A stretch of 64,000 bases of DNA from assembly GCA_965219845.1 (NCBI GenBank), contig CBDCOP010000006.1, positions 496,005-560,004 of the forward strand. Direction: 5' to 3'. This stretch comes from Dehalococcoidia bacterium. Its GTDB lineage: Bacteria; Chloroflexota; Dehalococcoidia; Lucifugimonadales; Australimonadaceae. The notes beneath the pieces were generated by a model. It was not told the DNA's origin, searched no databases, and saw only the letters and a program-made list of their open reading frames with translations. Positions 26,789-36,870 of this stretch are shown here, piece by piece (the stretch's first letter is position 1; every line of letters begins with the position of its first letter). The translations under genes were made by a program, and so were the position numbers.

Positions 26789-28267
26789 CTAGCTTTTCAT
26801 CGCGTCCAACTGCTCGACGATGAGCCCGGCCACCACCGACGGGTTGGCGTTGCCGCGCGTCGCCTTCATCACCTGTCCCACGAGGAACTTGGCCGCCGTC
26901 CCTTTCCCCGCCAGGTAGTCTGCAACCGCTTGGGGGTTCGCGTCTACCGCCTCGGCGACCGCTGCCGCGAGTTCGTTCGAGTCCGATATCTGGACGAGCC
27001 CGAGGTCCCCCACCACGGCCTGCGCGGACTTGCCGGTGTGGAACATCTCCTCGATGGCGCGTTTCCCCTGCGGTGTGCCGAGCGTCCCCTTCTCCAGCAG
27101 GCCCAGCAGTTCCGCGAGCCGCTCCGGCGCCACGGGCGATTCGTGGATCTCCGTATGCGTCTCGTTGGCCAGCCGCCCGAGTTCCGTCAGCGTCCAGTTG
27201 GCGGCAGCCTTGGCCACGCCATCGGAGCCGCCGCTTGCTCTGGCGTGCCGGATCGTTGCTTCATAGTACTCGGCGAGACCGGGCGACCCGGTCAGCAGCG
27301 TGGCGTCGTAGGCCGGCAGGCCGTAATCCGCGACGAAGCGCTGCCTGCGCTCCTCCGGCAGTTCCGGCAGCAGTTCCTCTATCTCCGCAACCCACGCCGG
27401 GTCCACGTTGAGCGGCGGCAGGTCCGGCTCAGGGAAGTAGCGGTAGTCGTTCGCCTCTTCCTTGCTGCGCAGCGATGTGGTGACGCCCTTGTTCTCCAGC
27501 CAGCCGCGCGTCTCCTGAATGACGCGGCCGCCGGAGTCCAGCACCTTCGCCTGGCGCTCGACCTCGTGCTCGATGGCGCGGAAGACCGAGCGGAACGAGT
27601 TCATGTTCTTGACCTCGACCTTCGTGCCGAACCGGTCGCTGCCCGTCGGGCGGATGCTGACGTTGGCGTCGCACCGGAACGAACCCTCGTCCATATTGGC
27701 CGTGGAGACGCCCAGGTAGCGCAGGATGGTCTGGTAGGACATGAGGTATTGCCGGGCCTCCTCCGCGGAGCGGATGTCCGGTCGGCTGACCATCTCGACC
27801 AGCGGCACCCCGGAGCGGTTCACGTCCACGAGCGAGTAGCCTTCGCCGGTGGCCGCATCGGTGAGGTGGCTCAGCTTGGCGACGTCCTCCTCCATGTGGA
27901 CGCGCTCGATACCGACGCGTCGGCGTTCGCCTTCCACGTTCACGTCCAGATAGCCGTTGACGCAGAGCGGGAGGTCGTACTGGGAGATCTGGTAGCCCTT
28001 CATCAGGTCGGGGTAGGGGTAGTTCTTGCGGTCGAACTTGCTGTGGGAGGGGATGCTGCAGTGGAGCGCCAGCCCAATCATGATGATGGAGCGGATGGCC
28101 TCACGGTTGATGACCGGCAGGGAGCCGGGCAGCCCGAGACAGACGGGACAGACACGGGTGTTGGGCTCGGCGTTCTGGTAGTCGGCGGGGCAGGCGCAGT
28201 ACATCTTGCTGCTGGTCCGCAGCTGAGCGTGCACCTCCAAACCGATGACTGGTTCGTAGTCGGTCAT
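26789..28267 (-). CDS. gatB: Asp/Glu-tRNA amidotransferase subunit B
   Basis: YEPVIGLEVHAQL N-terminus and full-length GatB including the YqeY-like tail. ATG 28267 chosen over the upstream 28342. Confidence 0.95.
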   Translation of the reverse strand: MTDYEPVIGLEVHAQLRTSSKMYCACPADYQNAEPNTRVCPVCLGLPGSLPVINREAIRSIIMIGLALHCSIPSHSKFDRKNYPYPDLMKGYQISQYDLPLCVNGYLDVNVEGERRRVGIERVHMEEDVAKLSHLTDAATGEGYSLVDVNRSGVPLVEMVSRPDIRSAEEARQYLMSYQTILRYLGVSTANMDEGSFRCDANVSIRPTGSDRFGTKVEVKNMNSFRSVFRAIEHEVERQAKVLDSGGRVIQETRGWLENKGVTTSLRSKEEANDYRYFPEPDLPPLNVDPAWVAEIEELLPELPEERRQRFVADYGLPAYDATLLTGSPGLAEYYEATIRHARASGGSDGVAKAAANWTLTELGRLANETHTEIHESPVAPERLAELLGLLEKGTLGTPQGKRAIEEMFHTGKSAQAVVGDLGLVQISDSNELAAAVAEAVDANPQAVADYLAGKGTAAKFLVGQVMKATRGNANPSVVAGLIVEQLDAMKS

Positions 28268-28340
28268 GAGCAGTTCGATTATAGCGCAGAGCCTGCCGGG
28301 AGCGGCGGCGCGCCGAGAACGACGCGGTACAATCCCCCGC

Positions 28341-29819
<1,479 letters not shown>

Positions 29820-29863
29820 GGGGCGAGATGCCGATGGCAGGTTGGAAGGCAGTCCCCGGAGCC

Positions 29864-30037
29864 CTAACTCTTAGGGGGTGAGAACCGCTTCCTCAGCCAT
29901 AACACGGAGCCCAGGAGTGCGAGCACGATGGCCGTCTGGAGTACGACAGTCATGAACGTTCCAAGCGTGCTCTGGAAGCTGAAGTACACGACCATCAGCA
30001 GGGCGAAGAGGCCTATGAATACGAGTCCGGGGCGCAT
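29864..30037 (-). CDS. 57-aa two-TM membrane protein (below the ORF-track size cut-off)
   Basis: Hand translation gives MRPGLVFIGLFALLMVVYFSFQSTLGTFMTVVLQTAIVLALLGSVLWLRKRFSPPKS. GGAAGGTGG lies just upstream of the ATG. Confidence 0.45.
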   Translation of the reverse strand: MRPGLVFIGLFALLMVVYFSFQSTLGTFMTVVLQTAIVLALLGSVLWLRKRFSPPKS

Positions 30038-30179
30038 GGACCACCTTCCGTGTTGGCAGGCATGACCGCCTGATTTTTACAGCCGGTTAACGATAGCATG
30101 GCACATGAAATTCACACAAGATAGGGCCTCTTCCGGTAGTGTCTCAGTTTGAAGACACAGGGGCGGTGCTGCACGGCTG

Positions 30180-30209
30180 TTGACAAATCTGCAAACACCC
30201 CCGTAACGT
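30180..30209 (+). promoter_or_regulatory. Sigma-70-like promoter candidate (TTGACA-18 nt-TAACGT)
   Basis: Hexamers read directly from the sequence. GGGAGG RBS and ATG 30228 follow. Confidence 0.35.
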
Positions 30210-30227
30210 TCACAGAGGGAGGATGCC

Positions 30228-30452
30228 ATGAGAGGACCTAACGGCGAACGGCGCAGACGCGCCGGGTTTGAGACCGGATTCCAAGTGGCACGGATCGCCA
30301 CCGGCGAGGAGGAGGAGCAGCTGCCCTCCAAGACGCGCAACGGCGGCCTCATCGGGGGCGTGCGCCGCAGGCAGAACCTCACCCCCGAACGACGCTCCGA
30401 GATCGCCCGCAAGGCGGCGCAGACCCGCTGGGGCAAGGAGCAAGCAGCGTAG
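30228..30452 (+). CDS. Small basic hypothetical protein
   Basis: 74 aa with a good RBS. C-terminal LTPERRSEIARKAAQTRW motif. No function assigned. Confidence 0.5.
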   Translation: MRGPNGERRRRAGFETGFQVARIATGEEEEQLPSKTRNGGLIGGVRRRQNLTPERRSEIARKAAQTRWGKEQAA

Positions 30453-30460
30453 GTTGCGGA

Positions 30461-30554
30461 TGGCGGGGAGCGGCGGAGTCGAACCGCAACGCGTGGGTTA
30501 GCACGCGCTCAGAGGTGTATCAGGCCTTGTCCCGTCCGACGGGCAACGCTCCCC
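30461..30554 (-). tRNA. tRNA-like gene, 94 nt, Sec/allo-tRNA-like 8/4 fold with long variable arm; anticodon arm non-canonical (loop CUGAUAC, nominal GAU)
   Basis: 8-bp acceptor GGGGAGCG/CGCUCCCC, discriminator G plus encoded CCA, T-arm GCGG-UUCGACU-CCGC, GG in the D-loop, 8-bp variable arm. The anticodon stem has only 3 Watson-Crick pairs. Confidence 0.5.
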
Positions 30555-30560
30555 GTTTCA

Positions 30561-30605
30561 CAGGAACCCGGTCAGTGGGCAATCCCCTCGCTGACCGGGT
30601 TCCTG
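30561..30605. terminator. Perfect 15-bp-stem hairpin (CAGGAACCCGGTCAG / CTGACCGGGTTCCTG, 15-nt loop)
   Basis: Read directly from the sequence. No U-tract, so terminator function is uncertain. Confidence 0.35.
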
Positions 30606-30641
30606 CTATTGTAGAAGATAAGCATCCGTGGTAATTTCCCC

Positions 30642-30733
30642 CTTGCAGTGAGTCCTATGTGATGCCGTCCCGCGTGAGGGCTGGGGCCAGACAGGCCCCC
30701 TTGCCAGCATCTACGGGTAGGACTCACTGCAAG
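30642..30733. repeat. 92-bp unit bounded by a 16-bp perfect inverted repeat (CTTGCAGTGAGTCCTA / TAGGACTCACTGCAAG)
   Basis: Read directly from the sequence. Inner GGGGCC-agaca-GGCCCC hairpin. The CCCCCTTGC motif occurs twice directly and once inverted nearby. Confidence 0.6.
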
Positions 30734-30766
30734 AGCACCTGACTCGCGCGGGCAAGGGGGTTCCCT

Positions 30767-31825
30767 ATGCGGCTCCTCGTACTCGTGTTACTGATGGTTC
30801 TCATCTCTGCCTGTGGCCCACCTGGGCCAACGCCAACCGCCATCCCACCGCCCACTGCTACGCGCCCGCCACCCACCGCCACTCCCACTGCAACCTCTAC
30901 GCCGACACCCACTCCTCCAGCCATTCCCGTCCCTACTCCTTCCCTAACGCCTACCCCATCTCCCGTCCCTACCCCGACTCCGACATCCAGCCCCACACAT
31001 ACTCCTACGCCAACCGCGACGGCCACTCCGACGCCGGCGCCACGGCCTACGGCAACACCTATACCGGCGCCGTCCCTCACCGCGCCGTTCGATGTGTGGG
31101 TGTGCTTCCTGGACCGCGACGACCGCGTGCGGGACCGGTATGACACCGTGCTGAGTCCGTGCGGGTGGCGGGAGACGATTATTCCGGACGCTGCCCATTG
31201 GGATAACGCGGAGGAGATACGGGGCAGCCGCCATGCGAACGTGTTTCTGCAACAGGGCTACGACCGGACAGTTGTAATCACAGGAGGAGACCTCCGGATG
31301 TCAGAGATGCTGGCCAATGCCATCAGGGAACTATCCCTGCTGCTCCGCATTGGCTTGACCATCTCAAGCACCGATGAGCACTACGACGACCGCTCCGGCA
31401 TCATCTACCTGTCATTCCTCGACGTGGATTGGGTGCTGTGTGGAGGCGAGCGGTTTCTCGGCTGTGCCTACTGGCAAGACACTCCCCAGCGGATCGAGAT
31501 AGCGACGCATGGCGTCACCGACGATGTTCTCTTAGGAGTCATCCAGCACGAGCTGCTGCACGTGCTGGCGTTGATGGGCCATGCCGAGAGCGGAATCATG
31601 AGCCATGCCGAAGAGGGGGAGGTTCAATCGACGCTGTCGGACATGGACAGGGCACAGGTCTGGCTGTTCAGCAATCCACTGTTCACGGGAGGAGTCCCGC
31701 TGTCGGCGGTTGAACAGGTGGCGCGGTTCGGTGAGTGGGATAAGCAGCCGCCCACGGACAGCGAGTGCTATACGGACGTGAGGGACGAAGGGCGGAGCCT
31801 CTACGTGAAGTGCACACCGGTATAG
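30767..31825 (+). CDS. Secreted lipoprotein with PT-rich linker and putative zinc-metalloprotease motif (HELLH)
   Basis: Lipobox LISAC, ~90-aa Pro/Thr linker, HELLHVLALMGH motif. Confidence 0.65.
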   Translation: MRLLVLVLLMVLISACGPPGPTPTAIPPPTATRPPPTATPTATSTPTPTPPAIPVPTPSLTPTPSPVPTPTPTSSPTHTPTPTATATPTPAPRPTATPIPAPSLTAPFDVWVCFLDRDDRVRDRYDTVLSPCGWRETIIPDAAHWDNAEEIRGSRHANVFLQQGYDRTVVITGGDLRMSEMLANAIRELSLLLRIGLTISSTDEHYDDRSGIIYLSFLDVDWVLCGGERFLGCAYWQDTPQRIEIATHGVTDDVLLGVIQHELLHVLALMGHAESGIMSHAEEGEVQSTLSDMDRAQVWLFSNPLFTGGVPLSAVEQVARFGEWDKQPPTDSECYTDVRDEGRSLYVKCTPV

Positions 31826-31835
31826 GATAACGACG

Positions 31836-31872
31836 CCCCGCACCTGGCGACGACCAATCAGCAGGTGCGGGG
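31836..31872 (+). terminator. 11-bp-stem hairpin after the lipoprotein gene
   Basis: CCCCGCACCTG...CAGGTGCGGGG, located 11 nt after the stop codon. Confidence 0.4.
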
Positions 31873-31887
31873 CGGAAAGGAGCGACG

Positions 31888-32136
31888 ATGGAGTTCAGCA
31901 GGTTCGAGTATGGCTCAGAGGAGGACCTAGAATGGTTCCCCCGTCTGTTCGGGAATACCATGAGCGCTTGGCCTCTGGTTGACTGGCGTCTAAAGGCGGG
32001 CCGAGAAGGGGACGAGCATCCAGCACTACTGTTATCGCTCCGCTTCGCGGATGATTCGCAAATCGTAGTGAGTATGCGAGTGAGTCTAGCTCGTGGTGTG
32101 AAAGATGGGATTGCTGAACTGTTGAGCGAGCCATAG
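31888..32136 (+). CDS. Hypothetical protein
   Basis: 82-aa ORF in a lower-GC stretch with GGAAAGGAG upstream. No family recognised. Confidence 0.4.
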   Translation: MEFSRFEYGSEEDLEWFPRLFGNTMSAWPLVDWRLKAGREGDEHPALLLSLRFADDSQIVVSMRVSLARGVKDGIAELLSEP

Positions 32137-32198
32137 TCGTTTGACGTTACTCCTGTGGTTGCTATGGTGAGCATAGCACAGAGAGAGGAGGTCAAGCG

Positions 32199-33026
32199 AT
32201 GAACAGGCTATCCATCGAGAGGCGGGCGCAGATACTTCAACTGCTCTGCGAGGGTTCCTCGATGCGTTCCGTCACCCGCCTGACCGGAGCCTCCATCAAC
32301 ACGGTGACGAAGCTACTGGTGGATACGGGGGAGGCGTGCATCCGCTACCACAACGAGGCGGTCAACGAGGTCCCGGCGCGTCGTGTGCAGTGCGACGAGA
32401 TATGGGCGTTCTGCTACGCGAAGCGGAAGAACGTGGAGCATGCCGTAGCAGCGCCGGAGGATGCGGGAGACGTGTGGACGTGGACGGGCATCGAGGCGGA
32501 CACGAAACTCATCATCTCGTGGCTAGTGGGGGACAGGGATGCGGAGGCAGCGCGGGTGTTCCTGGACGACATACGGTCCCGCCTGCTGAGCCGAGTGCAG
32601 CTGACGACGGACGGGCACAGGGCGTACCTGGAGGCGGTGGAGGACGTGTTCGGAACGGACGTGGACTACGCGCAGCTGGTGAAGATGTACGGTCAGCCGG
32701 TGGGGGATGAAGCGCGGCGGTACTCTCCGGCGGTGTGCATCGGGGCGCGGAAGGAAGTGGTGATGGGGAAGCCGGTCATGGCCGACGTGAACACGTCGTA
32801 TGTGGAGCGGCATAACCTGACGATGCGGATGAGCATGAGGCGGTTCACGCGGTTGACCAACGCCTTCTCGAAGAAGGTGGAGAACCACGCCTACGCCGCC
32901 GCAATCTACTTCGTGTACTACAACTTCTGTCGAACGCACAAGAGCCTGGGCATGACGCCCGCAATGGCATCGGGCTTGGCAGCGGAGCCGCACACGATGG
33001 CTTGGCTGGCCAGCCTTTCAAACTGA
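32199..33026 (+). CDS. IS1-family transposase (single ORF with N-terminal HTH); element ends not resolved
   Basis: The pattern CDEIWAF...W.W...D..TKLI...TTDG...Y and [27 protein letters not shown] mirrors IS1 InsB (VERHNLNLRQ...FSKS). Confidence 0.8.
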   Translation: MNRLSIERRAQILQLLCEGSSMRSVTRLTGASINTVTKLLVDTGEACIRYHNEAVNEVPARRVQCDEIWAFCYAKRKNVEHAVAAPEDAGDVWTWTGIEADTKLIISWLVGDRDAEAARVFLDDIRSRLLSRVQLTTDGHRAYLEAVEDVFGTDVDYAQLVKMYGQPVGDEARRYSPAVCIGARKEVVMGKPVMADVNTSYVERHNLTMRMSMRRFTRLTNAFSKKVENHAYAAAIYFVYYNFCRTHKSLGMTPAMASGLAAEPHTMAWLASLSN

Positions 33027-33107
33027 GACACTACCGTGTCGTGACGCGCGTGCCTGACGTGCGCGCACTCGACGGCTGAGCGCAAAAGGCGCACAATCCG
33101 CCCACTG

Positions 33108-34442
33108 GTGAGAAGACCCACACCCGAGGAGAACGTCGCCATGGTCACGACAGCAGAACAGACCGCCACCAGGCGCATCAACATCGGAGTCATCGGCATC
33201 GGCGTCGGAGGACTCGAGATACTGCGGTCGGTCGTGCAGCAGCCGGACATCGTTCACCTGGCCGCCGGGTGCGACGTGGTCCCCGTCACGCGGGAACGCT
33301 TCAAGGAGCGGTTCCCCGACGTGAAGGTGTACGAGAGCGCGGAGGACATCTGCAGCGACCCCGACGTCGACGCCGTTTACATCGCGTCGCCGAACCGCTT
33401 CCACGCCGAACACACGATCACGGCAGCCCGGCACGGGAAGCACGTGATGGTCGAGAAGCCCATGGCCATCTCCCTCAGGGAGACGGAGCAGATGGTCGAG
33501 GAGTGCGACAAGGCGGGCGTGCACCTGGTCTGCGCCCACACCGCCAGCTTCGGCCTGCCCTACCGCACGATGCGGAAAATCATCGAGTCCGGAGACCTCG
33601 GCGCAGTCCGGGCCATACACCTCTTCGCCTACACGGACTGGATGCTGCGGCCACGAACGCCGGACGAGCTGGACTTCGCTCAGGGCGGCGGCGTCCCGTA
33701 CCGCCAGGGGCCGCACCAGATCGACACCGTCCGCCTGCTCGGCGGAGGGATGGTCAAGCGGGTCTGGGGCAAGGTCGGCCAGTGGATGCCGGAAAGGCCC
33801 ATGCCCGGCTACTACACCGCGCACTTCGAGTTCGAGGGCGGCGCGGTCGCCACGGCAACGCACAACGGCTACGGCTACTTCACGCTGAGCGACATAAACG
33901 GGCCCGCCGCGGGGCGCAGCTCCATCGAGAACCTCATCCGCGTCCGCAAGGAGATGCAGAGCGGAACGCGCAACGAGGAGCAGGACAAGCAGGACCTGCG
34001 CATCGGCGGCGCCATCGAGGCGCGGCAGTTCGCTGAGGCGCTACAGTCCGACGGCGGGCGCGGCAACTTCGGGCGCCAGGTCGCGCGCGAGCCGGGCGAC
34101 CGCACGGGACTGAACGACACCGGCGACCCGGGCACGATCTTCGTGTCCTGCGACCGCGGCGACCTGCGCATCGGCTCGCATGGCGTCCTCGTCTACGATG
34201 ACAACGGCGTGCGCGAGGTCACCGGAGAATCGAACGTCCACAGCCGGGGCGAGGTGCACGAACTGTACGACGCGATGATCAACGGGAAGCCGGTCTACCA
34301 CTCCGGCCGCTGGGGCATGGCGACGGCTGAAGCGATCTTCGGAATGGTCGAGTCGTCGCAGACCGGCAAGGTCGTCGAGCTCAGCCACCAGGTGCCTGTA
34401 CACCCCGAGTACGATGCCGACCTGAGGGTCGTTCCCATCTAG
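33108..34442 (+). CDS. Gfo/Idh/MocA-family oxidoreductase
   Basis: INIGVIGIGVGG Rossmann N-terminus and the ...SPNRFHAEH...GKHVMVEKPMA signature. ATG 33141 is an alternative start. Confidence 0.88.
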   Translation: MRRPTPEENVAMVTTAEQTATRRINIGVIGIGVGGLEILRSVVQQPDIVHLAAGCDVVPVTRERFKERFPDVKVYESAEDICSDPDVDAVYIASPNRFHAEHTITAARHGKHVMVEKPMAISLRETEQMVEECDKAGVHLVCAHTASFGLPYRTMRKIIESGDLGAVRAIHLFAYTDWMLRPRTPDELDFAQGGGVPYRQGPHQIDTVRLLGGGMVKRVWGKVGQWMPERPMPGYYTAHFEFEGGAVATATHNGYGYFTLSDINGPAAGRSSIENLIRVRKEMQSGTRNEEQDKQDLRIGGAIEARQFAEALQSDGGRGNFGRQVAREPGDRTGLNDTGDPGTIFVSCDRGDLRIGSHGVLVYDDNGVREVTGESNVHSRGEVHELYDAMINGKPVYHSGRWGMATAEAIFGMVESSQTGKVVELSHQVPVHPEYDADLRVVPI

Positions 34443-34823
34443 GAACCCCTCCGAATAGGCACCTGTCGACCGTGCCCGTCATTCCCGCGCACCATGCCCG
34501 TCATTCCCGCGCAGGCGGGAATCCAGCGTGCGTGGGCAGCGCACAAGGGGCTGCGAGGGTGCGCGGAAGTTGTCATGCTGAGCGAAGCCGAAGCATCTCT
34601 CACTGGGGTATGGTCGGCCCCCTCTCGTGAGGGAGAGGGCCGGGAACCCCTCCGAATAGGCACCTGTCGACCGTGCCCGTCATTCCCGCGCAGGCGGGAA
34701 TCCAGAGTGCGTGGGCAGCGCACAAGAGGCTGCGAGGGTGCGCGGAGGTTGTCATGCTGAGCGAAGCCGAAGCATCTCTCACTGGGGTGTGGTCGGCCCC
34801 CTCTCGTGAGAGGGTGAGGGCCC
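34442..34823. repeat. Two tandem units (201 bp and 181 bp) of a composite palindromic repeat
   Basis: Units start at 34442 and 34643 and are near-identical. Unit 1 carries an extra 21-bp internal duplication. Sub-motifs GTCATTCCCGCGCAGGCGGGAATC and GTCATGCTGAGCGAAGCCGAAGCATC. Confidence 0.9.
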
Positions 34824-34946
34824 TCCGGGGGGCTAGTCCGTGTGAAGCGGGGCCGCGTGCTCCCTCTCCCGATGGCGGGAGAGGGCTGGGGTGAGGGTTG
34901 GCGGGGCGCGGGGCGTCCGTCCCTCCGCTGTTCAGAGCATCCCTGG
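34808..34946. repeat. Second full copy of the ~140-bp hairpin repeat seen at 12267-12406
   Basis: Aligned by eye over ~140 bp with a few substitutions and a 3-nt indel. Confidence 0.85.
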
Positions 34947-35064
34947 CGGACCGGAGAGGCGTGCGGTTTTGCAGTGTGCACGGCATTCCCGCACGCCCCG
35001 GTCATGCCCACGGGTGCGGGCACGCTGAATGTTCCGGTGCGCCAGGGTCGGGTCGCAGAGGTGG

Positions 35065-35661
35065 CTACCGCGTGTAGAGACGGACGCAGTCTTCGAGGCC
35101 CGGCCAGGACGGCAACGGCAGCAGCATCTCCAGTGTCCAGTCGCGGTCGAGCATGCCGTGGAACGCGGCGTCGCCGGTGAACCGGCTATCTCCGATGTAG
35201 ACGAACCGGGTCCCTCCGAATGTCCGCATCGCCTCCGCAGCCGCTGGCTGCCCGTTGGGAGGCCAGCAGAGCAACAAGGCATCGCATCCGCCGTTCGAGG
35301 CGATTGCCGCCGGCGCGTCTTGTCGCTCGACGCAGACATAGGGCAAATCGCGCGGGGCACCGGCGTCGGTTGCGACGACACTCACGCCCTCGTCGCGAAG
35401 GAGCCTTGCCCACAACCCCAGGCCGGCGCAGACCTCCAGCGCCGAGCATCCCTCCAGGAACTCCGCTATGGCACGGACGGCCCCGCGTGTCGGGACTGCG
35501 TACCCATACCAAGCGATGAACGTGCGCCTTCGAGCGTGTTCCTGGCGCAGGGCTTCGTCAGAGTCGAACGACTCCGACCCCCGGTGCGTCCACGCTCTGG
35601 GGCCTGCCGCCTCTATCGCGGCCCAGAGGACGGAGGGGTCTATTTCACGAGTTGGAGTCAA
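35065..35661 (-). CDS. Putative class-I SAM-methyltransferase-like protein
   Basis: Motif-I-like LEVCAGLGLWARLL followed by VVATD. TTG 35661 was chosen because the upstream part of ORF 35065-36207 overlaps the amidohydrolase gene. Confidence 0.45.
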   Translation of the reverse strand: MTPTREIDPSVLWAAIEAAGPRAWTHRGSESFDSDEALRQEHARRRTFIAWYGYAVPTRGAVRAIAEFLEGCSALEVCAGLGLWARLLRDEGVSVVATDAGAPRDLPYVCVERQDAPAAIASNGGCDALLLCWPPNGQPAAAEAMRTFGGTRFVYIGDSRFTGDAAFHGMLDRDWTLEMLLPLPSWPGLEDCVRLYTR

Positions 35662-35681
35662 TGCGCACAGTCCGGGCGCAA

Positions 35682-36785
35682 CTACAGCCTCAAAGCGCGG
35701 GCCAGGTTGCCGCCGAGGATCTTGTCTTGGTCGTCGCCGGACAAGCCGCTCCCGCTGATGTCGGTCGTGGCGTTCGGGAGGCGCTGGAACTCCGGGTGGG
35801 GGAAATCGGTGCCGATGACGAAGTTGTCCGCTCCGTAGGCTTCCACCAGCTGTTCCAGGGGTTCGATGCTTTCGACTGCGGTGAGGCAGTGCCGCTTGAT
35901 CAGTTCGCTCGGCCGGGTATCCGTTCGCGCGCAGGCCCGCTCGATATAGAACGACCTGTCCGTCCCGTGCATCGCGTAGGCCATCCACGACGCTCCGGCC
36001 TCGAAGAAGAGGAAGCGCAGTTTCGGGAACCGGTCGAGCACGCCACCGAGGGTCAGCGCCGCGCACGCGATGGTGTAGTCGAGGCCGAACCCAACGTACG
36101 TGCCGATATGCATACGATGGTAGCGCTCCGTGCCAACCATCGGGTACGAGGTGCGATGGTCGTGGAAGTTCCCCCGGTGCCCCTGGGTGAAATTGTGGAT
36201 CATGCACGCGAGGCCGAGCCCGCTCACCGCCTCCCAGAACGGGTAAAGCTCGTAGGCATCCAGGTTCCCGTCCAGGTAGCTCCCACAGATGCTCACCGCG
36301 CGGAGCCCCATCCCCGAGGCACGTTCGAGCTCACGCACGGACTCGCCGATGTCGTCCCAGGGCACCGTTATCTGGCAGATGAAGCGGTCCGGGTAGCGGT
36401 TCTGCAGCTCTGCCGCTGCGTTGTTGTAGAGCCGTGCGAGCGCCGTGCGGAGCCACAGCGGGCTGTCGGGCGGCATGAGCAGGTTCGGCATCGCCCGCTG
36501 CGTGTTGAGCACCTGCATGTCGAACCCCAACCTGTCCATCTCGGCGATACGCGCCTCAGGGTCCCACTCCGGATCACCCAGGTGTGCATCCAATGGAGGT
36601 TCCTTCCCGGCGATCGCGGCCTTGACCACGTCCAGGTCGACGACCTGGAGCGCGTCGCGGTACATCATCTCCTCGATCAGGGCGCCGCCGGAGCGCGGGA
36701 CCAGGTCCTGCAACTCCCTGTGGTCGATGGTCAGGCTGAAGTGCGTGTCGGCGTCGATGCGTTTCGTGACTACCTGCGTCGCCAT
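35682..36785 (-). CDS. Amidohydrolase-2 (ACMSD/decarboxylase-type) family protein
   Basis: RIDADTHF metal-binding N-terminus, ...CMIHNF..., and FGTDFPH C-terminal motif. Confidence 0.85.
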   Translation of the reverse strand: MATQVVTKRIDADTHFSLTIDHRELQDLVPRSGGALIEEMMYRDALQVVDLDVVKAAIAGKEPPLDAHLGDPEWDPEARIAEMDRLGFDMQVLNTQRAMPNLLMPPDSPLWLRTALARLYNNAAAELQNRYPDRFICQITVPWDDIGESVRELERASGMGLRAVSICGSYLDGNLDAYELYPFWEAVSGLGLACMIHNFTQGHRGNFHDHRTSYPMVGTERYHRMHIGTYVGFGLDYTIACAALTLGGVLDRFPKLRFLFFEAGASWMAYAMHGTDRSFYIERACARTDTRPSELIKRHCLTAVESIEPLEQLVEAYGADNFVIGTDFPHPEFQRLPNATTDISGSGLSGDDQDKILGGNLARALRL

Positions 36786-36870
36786 GGCCGTCTCCTCTGC
36801 GCGAACTCGTCTGCCGAAACAGCGCCATCCTACTCCTAAACCCCGGAGCCTTCACGATGACGCAGGCTGT

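Noticed and set aside
30461-30554. The tRNA-like gene as the tRNA-Sec (selC) needed by the two UGA-containing genes.
   Set aside because: The 94-nt RNA contains no UCA triplet anywhere (no TGA on the plus strand). It therefore cannot decode UGA as written, even though its 8-bp acceptor, 4-bp T-stem and long variable arm resemble tRNA-Sec.
34442-34950. A CRISPR array.
   Set aside because: The repeats are 180-200-bp units placed directly in tandem with no unique spacers. They are built from palindromic REP-like modules that also occur singly elsewhere. No cas genes are present.
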